Source: an uncultured Pseudomonadota bacterium (GTDB taxonomy: Bacteria; Pseudomonadota; Alphaproteobacteria; Rs-D84). Taken from it: 64,000 bases of DNA. Location of the stretch: contig CASFWA010000001.1 of NCBI GenBank assembly GCA_949298405.1, positions 210,023 through 274,022 of the forward strand, given 5' to 3'. Below, one piece after another: positions 19,378 to 28,198 of the stretch (positions are counted from its first letter, which is position 1; the number at the start of each line of letters is the position of its first letter). Made by a program: the position numbers and the translations under genes. The notes beneath the pieces are model-generated. The model was not told the origin of the DNA, searched no databases, and worked only from the letters and a program-made list of their open reading frames with translations.

Positions 19378-20658
19378 ATGAAAAAGTTTTTATTATTTCC
19401 AGTTGTATGTTTGTTAATATGTGGCGCAGTCATAGATGCACGTGCGGCGTGCGAATTTAGAGAACTTGGTCTATTTGATATAAAAAATAGTAATGAATAT
19501 TTATATCAAAACCCTTCGGATTATAATGCTAATTATACTTTAGAATGTGGTGGTGGGTATTGCCCAAGTCAGCAAAAAGTTTTTATGAATGCTAACCATT
19601 ATCATGACGGTAAAAAAATACCAACTGCTAAAATTTACACTTGTGTAGCATCTGGGGATACACGTTGGTCGGAATATAATGTTATGGATTTGGCAGAATG
19701 TACAAAAGTTGTATGCAAAATAGATAATGTTTTATATAACATTGATGGTTGGTATATTATGGATGCCAGAGATGGTACTTCTGGTGTGGCAACTGGCAGA
19801 AAAAATCAATTGTTGGTTCAAAGCGAAACAGATTTGTGTAGATGTAAAAATCCTACAAATAGTTCTAACCCAGAACCTGTAAAACCAGAACCTGTAAAAC
19901 CAGAACCTGTAAAGCCCGTTCAACCAACAAATCCTGGAACAAAGACTTCTTGTGTACAACAAAGATGTGGTGGTTTGACTGGCAGTCAGAAATCTGAATG
20001 TGTGACTTGCTGTTATGTCCCTGCATCCCTTGCAAAGTGGGAAAATGGTGTATGCAAGTGTCAACAAAATCCTAATCAGAAGTTTAACCCTGCAACTTTG
20101 CAGTGCGAGGATGTTGCAACTGTTGCGCCACAACCTGTGGCACCACAATATGATTGTGATACAACAAAACTTGCACAAGTTGCAAAGTGGAAAGTTACAT
20201 ATGGTTCTAATTTAGAAGTTTCTACATTAATAAATATCATTCTTGATTATTGTAATGGTGCAACAAGAGTGGAAAGCGTATTTAATGCATATTATGTTGA
20301 ATTGCAGGCATTGATTGATAGCCTTCAAAAATCAGAAGCAGAGGCAGCGGCGGCAGCTAAAATTACTGCACAGATTAATGCTTCTAAAACTAAAATAAGT
20401 GCCGCAGTTGAAGAAATGAACGCTATTTCTGCTGGATTTGATGATAGTGTTTGGAAAAATGAAGAAGGTAAGTTTAATACTTCGCGTCTTGTTTCCGATT
20501 CTGTCGCAGGGGTGGTTTTAGGTACTGCTGGTGGCTTGATTACAAGTAATGTCGTTAAAAAGAATCAAGTAGAAAATGGATTTGAAGATATACAATGCAC
20601 CGTCGGTGGACAAGTCGTCGCCGGTTGGGGCGATCAGTTCCGCGTCGGTATCCAATAA
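19378..20658 (+). CDS. Secreted Cys-rich protein with PEPVK tandem repeats
   Basis: ATG at 19378 with GGGGGAG RBS. Signal peptide MKKFLLFPVVCLLICGAVIDARA. Many Cys residues and a (PEPVK)x3 linker. C-terminal Gly-rich hydrophobic segment GVVLGTAGGLITSNVV. Confidence 0.6.
   Translation: MKKFLLFPVVCLLICGAVIDARAACEFRELGLFDIKNSNEYLYQNPSDYNANYTLECGGGYCPSQQKVFMNANHYHDGKKIPTAKIYTCVASGDTRWSEYNVMDLAECTKVVCKIDNVLYNIDGWYIMDARDGTSGVATGRKNQLLVQSETDLCRCKNPTNSSNPEPVKPEPVKPEPVKPVQPTNPGTKTSCVQQRCGGLTGSQKSECVTCCYVPASLAKWENGVCKCQQNPNQKFNPATLQCEDVATVAPQPVAPQYDCDTTKLAQVAKWKVTYGSNLEVSTLINIILDYCNGATRVESVFNAYYVELQALIDSLQKSEAEAAAAAKITAQINASKTKISAAVEEMNAISAGFDDSVWKNEEGKFNTSRLVSDSVAGVVLGTAGGLITSNVVKKNQVENGFEDIQCTVGGQVVAGWGDQFRVGIQ
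19870..19914 (+). repeat. 15-bp tandem repeat x3 (CCAGAACCTGTAAAA) encoding PEPVK
   Basis: Three consecutive copies. The third copy has a single A to G change. Confidence 0.85.
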
Positions 20659-20673
20659 TCTAGATGGGGAAGA

Positions 20674-20708
20674 CAAAAAAATACCGGGGTTAACCCGGTA
20701 TTTTTTAT
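20674..20708. terminator. Bidirectional terminator between convergent genes
   Basis: AAAAAAATACCGGGG-TTAA-CCCGGTATTTTTT palindromic hairpin flanked by an A-run and a T-run. Confidence 0.7.
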
Positions 20709-21139
20709 TTTTGATTCTGTTTTTCAATAACTTTGTATAATAAGTTATCGCGAATTTTTATTTGGCGGAAAAAGTCTTGGCGTGTTTTGTGATTTAGACA
20801 TTTTAGAAAATCTGCTAAATCACCACGTGTCATAACTTCGTTTGTTGGAAATAACATTGCTACTGGGTCGCCAGTTTCTTTGTCTAAGTATTCAATAATT
20901 GTGCTTGCCAATTTTTCGCCCATAATAGGTTTTAGTTTTTCAAATGACTTTACCATATTCGCAGCGGCAGGATTTGGAAAATCAAGAGAAGTTAACCAAC
21001 CTGATTTGTTGTCTACTGGTTTGCCATTTATTGTTACAACTGCAAGTGGTGTACTTTGACATAATTCAAATGCAGAATCGCCACCTAAAACAGGTTGTTT
21101 AATTACATATGTGTTTTTTTTCTTTTTTGTCGGTTTCAT
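20705..21139 (-). CDS. Hypothetical protein (144 aa, basic N-terminus)
   Basis: ORF with an MKPTKKKKNTYVIKQ start. No recognisable motif. Confidence 0.45.
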   Translation of the reverse strand: MKPTKKKKNTYVIKQPVLGGDSAFELCQSTPLAVVTINGKPVDNKSGWLTSLDFPNPAAANMVKSFEKLKPIMGEKLASTIIEYLDKETGDPVAMLFPTNEVMTRGDLADFLKCLNHKTRQDFFRQIKIRDNLLYKVIEKQNQK

Positions 21140-21333
21140 ATTTTACATCCGTTTATTAATAAATTTACATATAGTATATACCAAAAACAAAATTTGTCAA
21201 GCATGCTTGCTCTTGGAATGCTAGGGGTAAAGATTTTGCCATGTTTTTAGCGATTTGTACAGGCAGAATAATTTCCGTTTGTTTTTGCTTTTGTGGCAAG
21301 TTTCTTTACCGTATTGTTTGAAAGAATATTCTG

Positions 21334-23313
21334 TTATACGAATAAGTCTTTTACAAATTGGGCATGTTCTGTTATAAACTTGAATCTAAATTCAGGTTTT
21401 TTACCCATTAATTCAGATACGATTGTACGTGTCTTTTCTGTATCTTCTGCACCTTCATCTGTGCGTGGGGGCAGGTCAACACGAATCAAACGTCTTGTCT
21501 TTGGTGACATTGTTGTTTCTTTTAACTGATTCGGCATCATTTCACCAAGACCTTTGAATCGAGATATTTCTATCTTCTTATTTTTATATTTATTATTTTT
21601 TAGTTCTTCTAATTCTTCGTCTGTATCAACATAAATCGATTCGGTTCCACAAGTTAACTTATAAAGTGGAGGACATGATAAATACAAGTGACCACCATAA
21701 ATTAATTGTGGCATGTGTTGATAGAAGAATGCCATTAATAGTGATGCAATATGGCTGCCGTCAACATCAGCATCGGTCATAACTATTATTTTTTCATACC
21801 TTAATTTACTATCGTCCCAATCCTTTGCGGTTCCTGCACCAATTATATCAATTAATTCATTTAATTCTTTATTTGCCCCAAACCTTTCATCTGAATTAGA
21901 TATAACATTTAAGACCTTACCACGCAGAGGCATAATCGCTTGTGTAGCGCGGTCACGTGCTTGCTTTGCGGTACCACCAGCAGATTCCCCCTCTACTATA
22001 AATAATTCTGTACCTTCAACACCGTGCTTAGAACAGTCTGCTAACTTCGCAGGCATTCTGATTCGTTTTGTCGGTGTCTTCCTTGCAATGTCTTTTACTT
22101 GTTTGGTTTTTATTCTGGCGTTCGCAAGATTTATAACAAAGTCCAATAATGCATTTGCTGTTTTAGGGTCTGACGCCAAGAATATATCCCACGGATCACG
22201 CAATGCATTTTCTGTATATCTTGCAATTTCTGGATTAGATAACTTCTCTTTCGTTTGACCTAAGAATTGTGGGGTCTTGTAAAAAACAGATACTATCGCT
22301 GCAACAGAGTCGAACACATCGTCACCGATTATAGATGCTGCTGCTTTGTTGTTTACTTTTTCCCCATACGCTTTTATCCCCTTGGTTATCGCAGATTTAA
22401 ATCCTGTTTCGTGGGTTCCGCCATCTATTGTTGCAATTGTATTACAATATGATGAGAAAAATCCGTCATCGGATGCGGCACCATTTTCATCCGTTAAAAA
22501 TGTCAGTGCCCATTCAACGCGCCCCATATCATCAGGGAAATCTACACAACCACTGAAGATTTTAGGTAAAATACGCGGTTTTTCTTTTGTCTTTTCTTCT
22601 AAGAAATCTGCAACACCATTCGGATAATAGAATGTTGTATCCGCAGGAATATTCATGTCCTCTGTTAATAAACTTGGGTTGCAGTGCCATTCAACGCGTA
22701 CACCTTTGGATAAGAAAGATTTTGCGCGTGCCATGCGATATATTTTTATAGGCTTAAATACAGCGTTTGCACCAAATATTTCATCGTCTATTGTGAATCT
22801 TATCTTTGTACCGTGATTTTTTGTTGCCTCCCCACGTGTCATTGAACTGGTTGGTTTACCACGTGAAAACGTTTGACGCCATTCATACCCATCACGAGAG
22901 ATTGTCACAATCATCTCAGATGTTAGCGCATTTACCACCGCGCTTCCAACACCATGTAAACCACCACTGGTTTTATATACATTGTTATTAAATTTACCAC
23001 CAGAATGTAGGGTGGTTAATATGACTTCAAGTGCTGATTTCCCAGGATATTTAGGATGCTCGTCAACAGGAATTCCACGGCCGTCATCTGTAATTTCAAT
23101 GGTTTTTGCATCAATTAAGTTAACTATAATTTTTTTTGCAAAACCAGCAACTGCCTCGTCAATTGAGTTATCCATAATCTCAATCGGCAGATGGTGCCAT
23201 GCCTTTTCGTCTGTGCCGCCAATATACATACCAGGACGTAGGCGAACTGGCTCCAAACCTTCTAATACTTGAATATCTGATGCGTCATAAGAGTGTTTAT
23301 TTTGTTCTGTCAT
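21334..23313 (-). CDS. parE: Type IIA topoisomerase ATPase subunit, most likely topoisomerase IV subunit B (ParE) rather than GyrB
   Basis: GHKL ATPase N-terminus (YDASDIQVLEGLEPVRLRPGMYIGGTD), Toprim region (EGESAGG...KQARDR) and PLRGKVLNV motif. At 659 aa it lacks the ~170-aa insertion typical of proteobacterial GyrB. Confidence 0.7.
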   Translation of the reverse strand: MTEQNKHSYDASDIQVLEGLEPVRLRPGMYIGGTDEKAWHHLPIEIMDNSIDEAVAGFAKKIIVNLIDAKTIEITDDGRGIPVDEHPKYPGKSALEVILTTLHSGGKFNNNVYKTSGGLHGVGSAVVNALTSEMIVTISRDGYEWRQTFSRGKPTSSMTRGEATKNHGTKIRFTIDDEIFGANAVFKPIKIYRMARAKSFLSKGVRVEWHCNPSLLTEDMNIPADTTFYYPNGVADFLEEKTKEKPRILPKIFSGCVDFPDDMGRVEWALTFLTDENGAASDDGFFSSYCNTIATIDGGTHETGFKSAITKGIKAYGEKVNNKAAASIIGDDVFDSVAAIVSVFYKTPQFLGQTKEKLSNPEIARYTENALRDPWDIFLASDPKTANALLDFVINLANARIKTKQVKDIARKTPTKRIRMPAKLADCSKHGVEGTELFIVEGESAGGTAKQARDRATQAIMPLRGKVLNVISNSDERFGANKELNELIDIIGAGTAKDWDDSKLRYEKIIVMTDADVDGSHIASLLMAFFYQHMPQLIYGGHLYLSCPPLYKLTCGTESIYVDTDEELEELKNNKYKNKKIEISRFKGLGEMMPNQLKETTMSPKTRRLIRVDLPPRTDEGAEDTEKTRTIVSELMGKKPEFRFKFITEHAQFVKDLFV

Positions 23314-23441
23314 AGTATTTTATTATTAGTACATTATTTGTTTTCTTGCAAGCGAAAGAATTTTTTTGTGACCTTTATGGGCTTGATTTTTTTAATAAAG
23401 AACTTATATATTTTGAGAAATAATTATGCAGGCATATAAAA

Positions 23442-24572
23442 ATGAATAAAAATCCTTATGAAGTACTTGGCGTGGCGCGCGATGCGTCAGATGCAGATAT
23501 TAAAAAAGCATATCATAAATTAGTTTTAAAATATCATCCTGATAAAAATCCTGGTGATAAAGAAGCAGAAGAAAAGTTTAAAGAAGTTAATAATGCTTTC
23601 GATATTTTGAAAGACCCGCAAAAACGCGCTGCTTATGATAGATTCGGGGATGCCGCATTTGCAGGTGGAAATGCGTCAGGTGCAAATCCTTTTGGGGCGG
23701 GCGGTAATCCGTTTGGTAACGGTGCTTTCCACTTCAATATGGGTGGTGGCGCAGGTATGGAAGATATCCTGCGCGAGGCTATGCGTGGTTTTGGTTTTGA
23801 TGGCTTTGGTGGCGGTGCACGCGCTGAAAATCGTCGTGGTGGACGCGATTTGCTAGACGAGGTAGTTATTGATTTAAAAGATGCTTATTTCGGAAAAACT
23901 CATACAGTTAAATTTTCTAGCGAAGTAAAATGTGATAAATGTAACGGCTTTGGGACAGCAGACGGGAAAGAAGCACCCGTTTGTTCAAGGTGTGGTGGTA
24001 CGGGGTATGTGCATACCAGTCGCGGTTTCTTTGCTATGGAAACACCTTGCCCAGATTGTAATGGCTTGGGGCATAAGATAGATAAAAAATGTTCACAATG
24101 TAATGGTGATGGTACTGTCAGAAAAAGTCGTACACTGGAAGTTAATATTCCTGCTGGCGTAGAAGATGGAACGCGGTTGCGTTTGGCGGGGCAGGGCGAA
24201 GCCGGACAAAATGGTGCGCCCGCAGGTGATTTTTATTTAGATGTTCGTGTTCGCCCAGATAAAAGATTTGAACGTAATGGTGCAGATTTAATTACCAAGA
24301 TAGATGTACCTTTTACTACACTTGCGCTGGGGGGTGAAATAGAAGTCGGAACAATCGATGATAAGAAGTTGGCAGTAAAAGTTCCAGCAGGTACACAAGT
24401 TGGCGAGAAGTTACGTGTGCGTGGGCATGGTATGCCAGGTAGACGTGCAGGTACTTTTGGGGACTTATATGTCGATATAACTATGACTGTTCCAACAAAG
24501 TTAACTGAAAAGCAAAAGAAAATATTAAACGAATTTGCAGGAACAAAATCAGAGAAAAAAGGTTGGTTTTAA
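23442..24572 (+). CDS. dnaJ: Molecular chaperone DnaJ
   Basis: J-domain with HPDKN. Gly/Phe-rich linker. Four CxxCxGxG zinc-finger repeats ([32 protein letters not shown]). C-terminal substrate-binding domains. Confidence 0.9.
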   Translation: MNKNPYEVLGVARDASDADIKKAYHKLVLKYHPDKNPGDKEAEEKFKEVNNAFDILKDPQKRAAYDRFGDAAFAGGNASGANPFGAGGNPFGNGAFHFNMGGGAGMEDILREAMRGFGFDGFGGGARAENRRGGRDLLDEVVIDLKDAYFGKTHTVKFSSEVKCDKCNGFGTADGKEAPVCSRCGGTGYVHTSRGFFAMETPCPDCNGLGHKIDKKCSQCNGDGTVRKSRTLEVNIPAGVEDGTRLRLAGQGEAGQNGAPAGDFYLDVRVRPDKRFERNGADLITKIDVPFTTLALGGEIEVGTIDDKKLAVKVPAGTQVGEKLRVRGHGMPGRRAGTFGDLYVDITMTVPTKLTEKQKKILNEFAGTKSEKKGWF

Positions 24573-24589
24573 TTTAATATTTTTTCCAA

Positions 24590-24617
24590 TAAAAAACCGG
24601 CAAGTGCCGGTTTTTTA
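24590..24617. terminator. Bidirectional terminator (dnaJ / pgsA convergent)
   Basis: AAAAAACCGGC-AAGT-GCCGGTTTTTT. Confidence 0.8.
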
Positions 24618-25217
24618 TTTCTTTATCTGTTTTAGTTTTTCTGCAAATGTAAATGTATATTGTGTTGCAGACCACAATGATGCAATAAGGGATAACCATG
24701 TTCCCCAAATACCAATCTGTGGCAAGATATAAATCAAAAACATCATTGTTTGACTATTTGATTCTGGGGTAATTAATGTGCCAATTGCAAATAATAACAA
24801 GAAAGCAGCAATTGTTATCATCTGTAAAGTTGTTTTGATTTTACCCATTGAAAAACGTGCTTTTGGTACAGGCATTTCAATTTTTTGTGTGCCCAAGAAT
24901 TCACGTAGACCGCTGATGTATAACTCTCGTGCAATCATAATGATTACAGGTACAACGATAAACCATACTGGCATCATTACTGTTAACATAATTAATGTGT
25001 TAACTACTAATAATTTATCACCGATGTGATCCATTACGCCGCCAAGTTTTGAACAGACATTATATTTGCGCGCAAGGTAGCCATCAAACCAGTCTGATAT
25101 TGCGGCAAGTACATATAAAATAAATGTTGTCCAGTACAATCCAAACATTAGTGTTGGGATAATCGCAAATGCCGCGGTAATGCGGAATGCTGATAAAAAG
25201 TTAACAAAAAATTTCAT
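24615..25217 (-). CDS. pgsA: CDP-alcohol phosphatidyltransferase, probable CDP-diacylglycerol--glycerol-3-phosphate 3-phosphatidyltransferase
   Basis: DWFDGYLARKYNVCSKLGGVMDHIGDKLLV matches the CDP-OH_P_transf motif D-x2-DG-x2-AR-x8-G-x3-D-x3-D. 200 aa polytopic. Confidence 0.7.
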   Translation of the reverse strand: MKFFVNFLSAFRITAAFAIIPTLMFGLYWTTFILYVLAAISDWFDGYLARKYNVCSKLGGVMDHIGDKLLVVNTLIMLTVMMPVWFIVVPVIIMIARELYISGLREFLGTQKIEMPVPKARFSMGKIKTTLQMITIAAFLLLFAIGTLITPESNSQTMMFLIYILPQIGIWGTWLSLIASLWSATQYTFTFAEKLKQIKK

Positions 25218-25251
25218 AATTTACTCCTTTTTAGAATCATCAATGCTTTGA

Positions 25252-26676
25252 TTATATCACTTCTGAATGGAAATATGCATAGATTTTTTCTGCAGCAGAT
25301 TTACCAAGTCCAGGTACGCGTAATAGTGCAGGTAAGTCTGCATCTGATATAGCGCGAACAGAACCAAAATGGGTTAAAAGTGCTTTTTTTCTGGTTGGAC
25401 CTATGCCGTCTATTTCGTCTAAAACAGAAGATGTCATAGTTTTTGCACGTATTGTTCTATGAAATGTTATTACAAATCTATGCGCTTCATCGCGAACAGC
25501 GCGTAATAATAAGAACAGACTGGAATCTTTCGGTAAATCTCGGTATACGGAACCGTCTGGCATTATAAAATGTTCGTCCCCGTCACGAACTTCTCCTTTT
25601 GTTACACCAAGAATAGGTATATTAGGTGCAGTTTTATGTGCGATATTCCATTGGGCCGGCCCCCCGTCAACAATGATTAAATCTAATTTCGGACCGCGTT
25701 CAACTGCGCGAGATACGAATTCCTCCATCATGGCAATATCATTTCCTGCGCGTGCCGAATCGCGTAGTTTAAAATGTCTGTATCCCGACTTAATAAAACC
25801 CTCGTGACCAAATGTTATCATCGCACCAACTGGGTTTTTACCGAATAAATGTGAATTATCAAAAACGCCTGCACATTTAATTTTAAAACCTAACCATTTT
25901 TCTAATTTTTTTACATTTTCATCCCAGTTAAAATTCGTGCTATGTGCATGATTTCGCCGTATACCGCGATTTGATGTGTGCGTTAATTCTGCAATTTTAT
26001 CCCTGCATGCAGCAGCGGCTTCAAAGTCCATATTGTCAGAGTGTTTTTTCATCTCTTTTGTTAAGTCCGCAATTATTGGTTCGCTGTCACCAGTTAAAAT
26101 TTTTCGCGCCAGTTGTACATTTCTTTCGTAATCGGATTGTTGGATTGTACATGGTGCACTGCATCTTCCGATTTGATAAAGTAAACAGGGACGGGTCCTA
26201 TTGCGCATGAATGTATCTGTACATGTTCTTATTTTACAAACTTTCTGAATCGTTTTTATTGTTTCATTCAGCGCAGATACAGAAGGATAGGGACCGTAAA
26301 CGTCACGACGTTGCGATATTTTTCCACGAAATTTTAATAGTCTGGGATATTCGTGTTTTGTTAATGCTATCATCGGGTACATTTTCCCATCGGTAAGCAT
26401 TATATTATATTTTGGTTTTTGGGTCTTTATTAAATGCTGTTCCAATAATAAAGCATCCGATTCGGTTGCAGTTATATCCCATTCAACGCGTGCAACCAAT
26501 GAACGCATGACTTGTTTGTGAGGTTCTAACTTAGAGATGTCCAGATATTGGTGCAATCTATTAGATAAGTTTTTTGCTTTGCCCACATACAATAATGTAC
26601 CTTCGGCATCATACATCTTGTATATGCCTGGGGCGTTGGGACTATTTTCAATCAAATCAGAAAATTGAATATTCAT
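25252..26676 (-). CDS. uvrC: Excinuclease ABC subunit C (compact form)
   Basis: N-terminal GIY-YIG (GIYKMYDAEGTLLYVGKAKNLSNRL). Cys cluster CKIRTCTDTF...CLLYQIGRCSAPC. UvrB-interaction region. Endonuclease V-like region (AGVFDNSHLFG, DEAHRFVITFHR). C-terminal HhH (LLRVPGLGKSAAEKI). Confidence 0.85.
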   Translation of the reverse strand: MNIQFSDLIENSPNAPGIYKMYDAEGTLLYVGKAKNLSNRLHQYLDISKLEPHKQVMRSLVARVEWDITATESDALLLEQHLIKTQKPKYNIMLTDGKMYPMIALTKHEYPRLLKFRGKISQRRDVYGPYPSVSALNETIKTIQKVCKIRTCTDTFMRNRTRPCLLYQIGRCSAPCTIQQSDYERNVQLARKILTGDSEPIIADLTKEMKKHSDNMDFEAAAACRDKIAELTHTSNRGIRRNHAHSTNFNWDENVKKLEKWLGFKIKCAGVFDNSHLFGKNPVGAMITFGHEGFIKSGYRHFKLRDSARAGNDIAMMEEFVSRAVERGPKLDLIIVDGGPAQWNIAHKTAPNIPILGVTKGEVRDGDEHFIMPDGSVYRDLPKDSSLFLLLRAVRDEAHRFVITFHRTIRAKTMTSSVLDEIDGIGPTRKKALLTHFGSVRAISDADLPALLRVPGLGKSAAEKIYAYFHSEVI

Positions 26677-26725
26677 GCTATTTATGATAGAATATTATAA
26701 ATTAAATAGCAAATAGGGGTTTATT

Positions 26726-27190
26726 ATGAGACAAGAATCCGGTCGTTCAATGATAGAAATGATGGGCGTTTTAGCAATTATGGGTGTTATAACTGTTGGC
26801 GCAATTGCCGCTATATCTAGTGCGATGAGTTTGCAGAAAAGAAACACTGTAAATGATGAAGTTCTGCAAATGGTGACTCAAGTTCGTCAGTTGTTTAGCG
26901 AATATGATGATTATTCTAATATCAATAATTCTACGATTTTCGGGGCAATTGGTATGTCTAATAAAAACCCATACGGCGGAACGTATGAATTGTCTGTAAA
27001 TCCATCTAATTCTCGTCAATTTATTGTATCTATAAATGGGCTTTCGCAATCGGATTGTGAATATTTTGTGACAAAGGGTTGGGATGGTTCGGTTGGTTAT
27101 GAGATGTCTGGACGGACTGCCAGTGGTGCTTCTGGGAATTGTAATAATCAAAATGGTAAAAATGTCGTTCAGATAACATATGGCGAATAA
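26726..27190 (+). CDS. Type IV pilin-like protein (class III signal peptide, atypical +1 Arg)
   Basis: MRQESG^RSMIEMMGVLAIMGVITVGAIAAI has Gly at -1 and Glu at +5, followed by a hydrophobic alpha1 helix. The C-terminal Cys pair (CEYF...GNCNN) is consistent with a D-region disulfide. Confidence 0.65.
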   Translation: MRQESGRSMIEMMGVLAIMGVITVGAIAAISSAMSLQKRNTVNDEVLQMVTQVRQLFSEYDDYSNINNSTIFGAIGMSNKNPYGGTYELSVNPSNSRQFIVSINGLSQSDCEYFVTKGWDGSVGYEMSGRTASGASGNCNNQNGKNVVQITYGE

Positions 27191-27205
27191 TTATTTTGTC
27201 GGGGC

Positions 27206-28183
27206 GTGATAATGGCAGAAATGATAGAGGTTTCTAAGACAGAAGAAGGAACACGCTTGTTGCGCTGGTTCCTGCGCCGCTATCCATCTATGCCACAACG
27301 CGAGTTTTATAAATTGTGTCGCGGGGGACAAATAAGAGTTAATTCATCCCGAGCGCACGGTCAAGAAATATTAAGGGCAGGGGATGTTGTAAGAATCCCA
27401 CCGACTGTTGGAAGTTATGCACATACAAATGTAAAGAAAACAGAGTCTGGCGAAATGTTTTCTTTGGCGGATTTAGAAAAACTGCGCAAATGTATTATTC
27501 ATTCTGATGAAGATATTGTTGTATTCAATAAGCCGGCGGGTTTGGCTGTCCAAGGCGGGACAGGAATTCGTAAGTCTGTGGATAAAATGGCTGCCGCCTT
27601 GTTTCCATATGACAAAATTTCTTTGGTTCATCGTTTGGATAAAGAAACAAGTGGTATTTTAGTAGTTGCTAAAAATCAAAGAGCAGCACAAATCTTGGCA
27701 GATGCATTTCAAACAAAAACCGCCCATAAAGAATATCTAGCGTTATTAAATGGTGATGTAAAACCTAAACGCGGTATAATAGATAATTATATGATAAAAG
27801 GGCAGGTGTTTGATAGTGCGGCACGTGTAAATGGGGGTACAGGGCAACGCCCACAACGCGCAATTACTGAATATGAAGTTTTAACTCAGGCGGGCGGGCA
27901 TCTGTCGTGGGTTTTGTTTTCACCTAAGACAGGAAGAACACATCAACTTCGTATTCATAGTGCTTTTTCATTGCATGCACCAATTGTCGGAGATACTTTG
28001 TACGGTACAGAAAAAAAACTGGATGGTACTTTAAGGTCAATGTTTGCAACAAATAACTTGTTTTTATTGGCTTATAAGATAACATTTCAGCACCCAACTA
28101 CGGGAAAAATGATGACTTTGCGGGCAGATGTCCCAGATTTTATGAAGCCTGTTATTTCCTTCTTGGAGTTTAAGTTGCCTTAA
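27206..28183 (+). CDS. RluA-family 23S rRNA pseudouridine synthase (RluC/RluD-like)
   Basis: N-terminal S4-like region. Catalytic motif HRLDKETSGILVVAKN containing the conserved Asp. Confidence 0.8.
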   Translation: MIMAEMIEVSKTEEGTRLLRWFLRRYPSMPQREFYKLCRGGQIRVNSSRAHGQEILRAGDVVRIPPTVGSYAHTNVKKTESGEMFSLADLEKLRKCIIHSDEDIVVFNKPAGLAVQGGTGIRKSVDKMAAALFPYDKISLVHRLDKETSGILVVAKNQRAAQILADAFQTKTAHKEYLALLNGDVKPKRGIIDNYMIKGQVFDSAARVNGGTGQRPQRAITEYEVLTQAGGHLSWVLFSPKTGRTHQLRIHSAFSLHAPIVGDTLYGTEKKLDGTLRSMFATNNLFLLAYKITFQHPTTGKMMTLRADVPDFMKPVISFLEFKLP

Positions 28184-28198
28184 ATTGCGTGATATAAA

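Noticed and set aside
21334-23313. Calling this gene gyrB
   Set aside because: The length (659 aa) and absence of the large GyrB-specific insertion favour ParE. Kept as parE with moderate confidence.
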